This document shows, piece by piece, positions 6,956-10,874 of a stretch of DNA of 10,874 nt (the first letter of the stretch is position 1; each line of letters starts with the position of its first letter). The translations under genes were made by a program, and so were the position numbers. The DNA is taken from the NCBI GenBank assembly GCA_046757165.1, contig JBHHXT010000165.1, positions 1 through 10,874 on the forward strand, written 5' to 3'. Under the pieces are notes generated by a model. That model searched no databases, was not told the origin of the DNA, and was given only the letters and a program-made list of their open reading frames with translations. Source of the stretch: a bacterium. Its GTDB lineage: Bacteria > Zhuqueibacterota > Zhuqueibacteria > Oceanimicrobiales > Oceanimicrobiaceae.

Positions 6956-7753
6956 TAGGAATTCTCTGGCTCTCCGCTTGTGGAATTCATCCTGGTGGTC
7001 CTGAACCGGCAATTCGAGAACGGCTTCAAATGCCTGACGTGCTTCGCGCCACCTCTTCATCGCCATATACGTCAACCCCAGTTCTTTATAGTGGACAATC
7101 CATTGCGGACTGATTGCAATGGCTTTCTTGAAATTCTCGACCGCCGCTTCGTTGCTGGCCCCCGGTGGCACGCCACCATACAGGAGTTTAGCCAATGCCT
7201 TGAGAACCCAGCCCACGTTGGCCAGCTCCCGATGCCAACGGCCGAGCACGTGGTAGGCGCCATGGTGATTCGGGTCGAGCGCCAGGGTTTGTTCCGCCTG
7301 CTCCTTGACCGTGACCGACCGGCTGATTTTGCTCTTGCCCCCTTCGTATAGAGCCAGCAATCCGGACGAGACGGCAACAAAGAAATGTGCGTTCGGCTCG
7401 TCAGGGCATTGCTCGAGCGCCCGCAACGCCCATTTTTCAGCGGCATAATAATACTGCCTTTGCACCGTCTCGTTCGACTCTTCACCGATATTGATGCAGG
7501 TTTCCGCGATTTTCCAGAGTGCCGTACAATTGCTGCTGTCGGCTTGATAGGCGAGTTTGTATTGCGCCAGGGCGGCCTGATGCTCAAAACCATCGGCCCG
7601 CCTGTCTCCTGCCCGGATCAGATCGAAAGCCTCCTGCGCGGCCAGAGCGTGGACGATGCCCAAATGGACGATGCAAAGCAAAAGCAGATTTTGAAAATGC
7701 CGGTGAGATAAGAACACGTGTTGATGCGCCGGACGGTTACTTGTCGAGTGCAA
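6926..7753 (-). CDS. Exported tetratricopeptide-repeat protein, RMDN (RMD1/FAM82/PTPIP51)-like
   Basis: Signal-peptide-like LLLLCIVHLGIVHALA-AQE and several TPR units. The segment LALDPNHHGAYHVLGRWHRELANVGWVLKALAKLLYGGVPPGASNEAAVENFKKAIAISP...LGLTY...LELPVQDHQD matches the RMDN C-terminal pattern as I recall it. Start uncertain: TTG 7753, overlapping the upstream gene, or GTG 7717. Confidence 0.85.
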   Translation of the reverse strand: MHSTSNRPAHQHVFLSHRHFQNLLLLCIVHLGIVHALAAQEAFDLIRAGDRRADGFEHQAALAQYKLAYQADSSNCTALWKIAETCINIGEESNETVQRQYYYAAEKWALRALEQCPDEPNAHFFVAVSSGLLALYEGGKSKISRSVTVKEQAEQTLALDPNHHGAYHVLGRWHRELANVGWVLKALAKLLYGGVPPGASNEAAVENFKKAIAISPQWIVHYKELGLTYMAMKRWREARQAFEAVLELPVQDHQDEFHKRRAREFLAELQGKVEK

Positions 7754-8093
7754 GAACTGCCTTCAAGCTCTCTTTGAGCTGGCGAGTATATGGAGCGGGG
7801 ATGGACCCCACGCGCTCGAGGATTTTGTCCTTGCTGATGGTTTTGATCTGCAAGGAAAGCACGACGCCATCGAACACCATACCTGACTTCTCTTTAGGGA
7901 TAAACGTCGCGCCGATGCGCGATTCCAGGAGCTGTTTGGCTTCAATGACCGGGCACACGATCACGGATTTGAGATGCTCATTGACGATGTCATCTGATAT
8001 GATGACCGCGTAGCAAACAGTGGCGCCAGACTCTATAGCTGAATTCGGGCCGATACTGACGGTGACGATATCTCCATATTTGATCGCAATCAT
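7737..8093 (-). CDS. PemK/MazF-fold protein (type II TA toxin family) with apparently degenerate active site, 118 aa
   Basis: KYGDIVTV..GP....E, AVIISDDIVN, VIVCPV, SG...DGVVLSLQIKTISKDKILERVGSI and a C-terminal helix match the MazF pattern. Start moved from 8132 to ATG 8093 because it overlaps the upstream stop as ATGA (8093-8090). Confidence 0.85.
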   Translation of the reverse strand: MIAIKYGDIVTVSIGPNSAIESGATVCYAVIISDDIVNEHLKSVIVCPVIEAKQLLESRIGATFIPKEKSGMVFDGVVLSLQIKTISKDKILERVGSIPAPYTRQLKESLKAVLALDK

Positions 8094-8362
8094 GATAGTC
8101 CGCCACTCCGTTCCGAGCCAGCGGTGGTCCATTCCGTCAAGAAATCGTCACTCTTGTTTTCAAAAAGCCGGCATGTTTCGGCAAGCTGGGCATCCCGTTC
8201 TTCCTGCTTCTTGTGATGCAGATAGTTTTCGAACGCCGCTCTGCCAAATTCTGCCAGAGTTATGCCCCTCCTCTTGACCCAGGTTTCTATCTCTTCACGG
8301 AGGACATTGGGAATGTACATCACGAATCTTTTGCTGGATTTCAAAGACGGTCTGCGTGGCAT
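8090..8362 (-). CDS. Ribbon-helix-helix antitoxin-like protein (NdoAI/MazE-type), 90 aa
   Basis: AGGAG lies 6 nt before the ATG. Beta-strand KRFVMYIP, helices LREEIETWVKRRG and TLAEFGRAAFENYL, then a helix and acidic tail (DDFLTEW). ATGA coupling to the MazF-fold gene. Confidence 0.8.
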   Translation of the reverse strand: MPRRPSLKSSKRFVMYIPNVLREEIETWVKRRGITLAEFGRAAFENYLHHKKQEERDAQLAETCRLFENKSDDFLTEWTTAGSERSGGLS

Positions 8363-8383
8363 GGCTGCTCCTGGGGTTACGAC

Positions 8384-8397
8384 CTATATGACTATAG
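8384..8397. promoter_or_regulatory. Candidate autoregulatory operator overlapping a -10-like TATAGT of the TA operon
   Basis: CTATA-TGAC-TATAG inverted repeat 22-35 nt upstream of the RHH start. No convincing -35 element. Confidence 0.3.
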
Positions 8398-8701
8398 TAA
8401 AAAAAATGGGCTTCTAACCACTAATCTATTCGGCACAAAGGGTAAACAGGAAAAGAGGAAAACGGTTGTTTTAGCTCTTAGCAGAATCAGAATAGATAGT
8501 ATAATTGTTTCGATACGGCGGATGCTCTGAAAAGTTCCAGAGTTAGTCAGCACGCTGACAACAAGTATTGTGCAGCATGTGTGCCCTTGTCCTATGTCGT
8601 AGAAATACCTGGATCATGACACTTTTATTCCAGAAACTCGAAAATGGTTGCAAGATTTACAGCATTCCTCTGGAAAAACTATCACGACCGGAAAAGATGT
8701 T

Positions 8702-8723
8702 GTAGCGCAGGCATCTTGCCTGC
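8702..8723 (+). repeat. GTAG-type REP (repetitive extragenic palindrome) element
   Basis: GTAG-C-GCAGGCA-TCT-TGCCTGC: a 5' GTAG tetranucleotide followed by a perfect 7-bp stem, which is the canonical REP layout. Lies about 57 nt past the kinase stop. Confidence 0.7.
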
Positions 8724-8779
8724 CTGGTTTGGAACCTGTTCTTCCTAAACGCGCCCTATTCAGGCAAAGGGAGGGCTTG

Positions 8780-10720
8780 TCAGGGAAAGGGTCTTGCCGA
8801 GTCGGTATCAGAAAGGCGGGCCAAAGCCGTGCGTAATTCACCAACCAATTCTTCCATCGCCTGGTACCTTTTCTCCTTATTCTTGCTCAAGGCCCTGGAA
8901 ACGATGTGGGTGAGCTGTTCCGGAATAGACGGATTCAGTTTGCGAACCGGCTCAGGCTCCTCGTTCAGGATGGCGTACAGCACGGAGAGCTCATAGTCCC
9001 CGTTAAACGGCAGTAGACCGGTAAACAATTCATACAAAACGACACCGAATGAAAAAACGTCCGTCCGGTGGTCTGTCTTGAGTCCACTGGCTTGTTCCGG
9101 CGACATGTAGCTCAGGGTGCCCAACGTGGTGCCCGAGCGGGTCAAGTGCATGTCCGGCGTGGTCATGGATTTCGCCAGCCCGAAGTCCATGATCTTGGCC
9201 TGATTGTCGTGCGTGATCAGGATGTTATCCGACTTCACGTCGCGGTGGACGATTTTTTTGCCATGCGCGTGCGCCAACCCTTCGGCCACCTGAATGGCGA
9301 CGCCCACCTGTGCGTTCAAATCAGCGGCATGTTTTGCGCGCCAATCCCTCAGGTTGTGGCCGTCGACATATTCCATCGCAATGAATACGACGCCCTGGTC
9401 CTCCCCGATCTGGTAAATCGTGGTGATGTTCGGATGGTTCATCGCCGACGCTGCCCGCGCCTCCTGCAGAAAACGCTTCTTGAACTCGGGATCATCCATG
9501 AGCTGCGGCGAAAGCACCTTGAGCGCCACCAACCGGTCGAGCTGGACGTCCCGGCCTTTGAACACAATCCCCATGCCGCCGCGACCAAGCTTCTCCAAAA
9601 TATCATGCTGCCCAAGCCGGTCATGCAGTTGAGGAATGGATGTCGACATCACACGGGAGGTCGGCGTTTTTCCCGTCGTGCCCGCACGCTTCAAGGTCGA
9701 CTTGGTAAACAGCTTCTCCTTCTCGCGCTGCAACCACGTGCGGAAGAAAAAGTTGGCAACCTCATAATGCGCATTTCCTTTCTTGATGAATCCCAATTGG
9801 GATAGCTCATAGAGATGCTGTAACAACCGCTCGCTGAAGAGCTTTTGCAGGTCCAAAAGACTCAACCCCTCATTTTGCAGGATATAAAGCAGAATTTCCT
9901 TTTCTTTTGGTTCGAGACATTGAAAGTCGACCGAGAAAAAATGCGCCACCATCTCATCCGCACAGAGTTCTTCTGTCACGGCTTCGAGATCGTGGCTTTC
10001 GAACAAGCGCCGGCAAATCAATTGCATCAAATAGGGATGCTGATTGGTTTTTTTTATGATGTCGCTGACGACCGCTTCCGGGAAGTTTCCCAGGCCAATG
10101 AGCTGCCGGGCCTGGCTCTCGTCCAACGGTGTCAAGTAGACCGGCGGAACGAATCCGTAAAGAAACGGCGAGGTACTTGGGACCGAGCTACTCTCCAGCT
10201 TGCTCAGCCGCCTGGTGGCAGTCAGCACCGTGAGAATGTTCTCTCCCTGCTGTAAAATGCGACGGAGCTTCGGCAACGCTTCCGGGTTGTTGCGCTCAAC
10301 ATTTATCAGCTCCTCTGTTTCGTCACACAATAAAAGCAGGGTCAGATTCCTGTCCTTTGCACGCCGGCGAGCCGTACGCAGAATGCCGAAAACGTCCTGT
10401 TCTTCCAGGCCAGCGATATCAACACCGATGTCGGCGAACCGCTCCTCGGCGTCCTCGATGCTCTCCAAAAGCGACTCCTTCAGACCCTCTAAGTTCTGGC
10501 TGCCCTGCATGTCCCAAAACAGCGGGACGAACTTGTCGGCATACGGTCCTCTCGTTGAAAGTAGCTCGAGCTGTTTGAGAAGCGAGGTCTTACCCAGACG
10601 TCGGGTCCCCGCAACCCAGAGACAAGTACGCTCGCCGTCGAGGATTTCGCGAACAATCTTTTCGCGTCCAAAAAAAGACGGCCCGCGCACCCAGCTTCCC
10701 GCGACAAATGGATTCTTCAT
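8780..10720 (-). CDS. P-loop NTPase (STAND/archaeal-ATPase-like) + winged helix + Hanks-type Ser/Thr protein kinase fusion
   Basis: N-terminal NPFVAG...FFGRE, Walker A GTRRLGKTS, Walker B LLLLCDE, (G)xP-like NQHPYLMQLIC, wHTH-like LYELSQLGFI..YEV..FFRTWL. An S/T-rich linker follows, then the kinase motifs LGRGGMG, VALK, RFLQEA, HRDVKSDN, DFG, GTLSYMSPEQ, DVFSFG and KRY. Confidence 0.92.
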   Translation of the reverse strand: MKNPFVAGSWVRGPSFFGREKIVREILDGERTCLWVAGTRRLGKTSLLKQLELLSTRGPYADKFVPLFWDMQGSQNLEGLKESLLESIEDAEERFADIGVDIAGLEEQDVFGILRTARRRAKDRNLTLLLLCDETEELINVERNNPEALPKLRRILQQGENILTVLTATRRLSKLESSSVPSTSPFLYGFVPPVYLTPLDESQARQLIGLGNFPEAVVSDIIKKTNQHPYLMQLICRRLFESHDLEAVTEELCADEMVAHFFSVDFQCLEPKEKEILLYILQNEGLSLLDLQKLFSERLLQHLYELSQLGFIKKGNAHYEVANFFFRTWLQREKEKLFTKSTLKRAGTTGKTPTSRVMSTSIPQLHDRLGQHDILEKLGRGGMGIVFKGRDVQLDRLVALKVLSPQLMDDPEFKKRFLQEARAASAMNHPNITTIYQIGEDQGVVFIAMEYVDGHNLRDWRAKHAADLNAQVGVAIQVAEGLAHAHGKKIVHRDVKSDNILITHDNQAKIMDFGLAKSMTTPDMHLTRSGTTLGTLSYMSPEQASGLKTDHRTDVFSFGVVLYELFTGLLPFNGDYELSVLYAILNEEPEPVRKLNPSIPEQLTHIVSRALSKNKEKRYQAMEELVGELRTALARLSDTDSARPFP

Positions 10721-10796
10721 CTGTTATCTCATTTAGTCTAACCTATCCGGCCAGATATGTTGTCTCTCGTTGGTCGAAGGCCCGGGATGAAAATAA

Positions 10797-10825
10797 AATT
10801 TAAGCAAATTCAGCTCGATACGCAA
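10797..10825 (-). promoter_or_regulatory. Putative sigma70 promoter for the NTPase-kinase gene
   Basis: Minus strand TTGCGT (10825-10820), 17-nt spacer, TAAATT (10802-10797), about 77 nt upstream of the ATG. Confidence 0.45.
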
Positions 10826-10874
10826 CAAGATTCTGACCTCATTTAAAGCTTGAAATTGAGCGACAAGCAGGTCA

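Noticed and set aside
8094..8132. N-terminal extension of the MazF-fold ORF given in the ORF track
   Set aside because: It overlaps the antitoxin coding sequence. The ATG at 8093 gives ATGA coupling and a normal MazF N-terminus.
8614..8844. Short ORFs 8614-8844 (-) and 8648-8836 (+)
   Set aside because: They overlap the kinase 3' end and read through the REP element. No coding evidence.
9068..10736. + strand ORFs opposite the kinase gene (9068-9805, 9845-10255, 10200-10736), and 5351-5962 opposite the PLP enzyme
   Set aside because: These are antisense shadows of genes with clear catalytic motifs.

Overview
Bacterial chromosomal window with GC-rich genes and AT-rich, repeat-laden intergenic spacers; the taxon cannot be assigned from the sequence alone. 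The + strand carries a full-length (1518 aa) Lhr SF2 helicase and a fold-type III PLP enzyme of the DSD1/D-threonine aldolase-like family. The - strand carries a small single-pass membrane protein and a run of four genes: a P-loop (STAND/archaeal-ATPase-like) NTPase fused to a C-terminal Hanks-type Ser/Thr kinase, an RHH antitoxin-like gene, a translationally coupled PemK/MazF-fold gene, and a signal-peptide TPR protein resembling eukaryotic RMDN/PTPIP51. The most notable observations are: (1) the MazF-fold protein appears to have lost both catalytic residues while its frame and antitoxin coupling are intact; (2) the NTPase-kinase fusion has an unusual domain order and no sensor domain; (3) the 371-bp spacer at 6555-6925 holds two inverted copies of a hairpin with compensatory substitutions, several internal palindromes and a 44-bp tandem duplication of the TPR gene end. 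No rRNA, tRNA, CRISPR array, transposase or integrase was seen. All protein family calls are by-eye motif recognition, not database searches.
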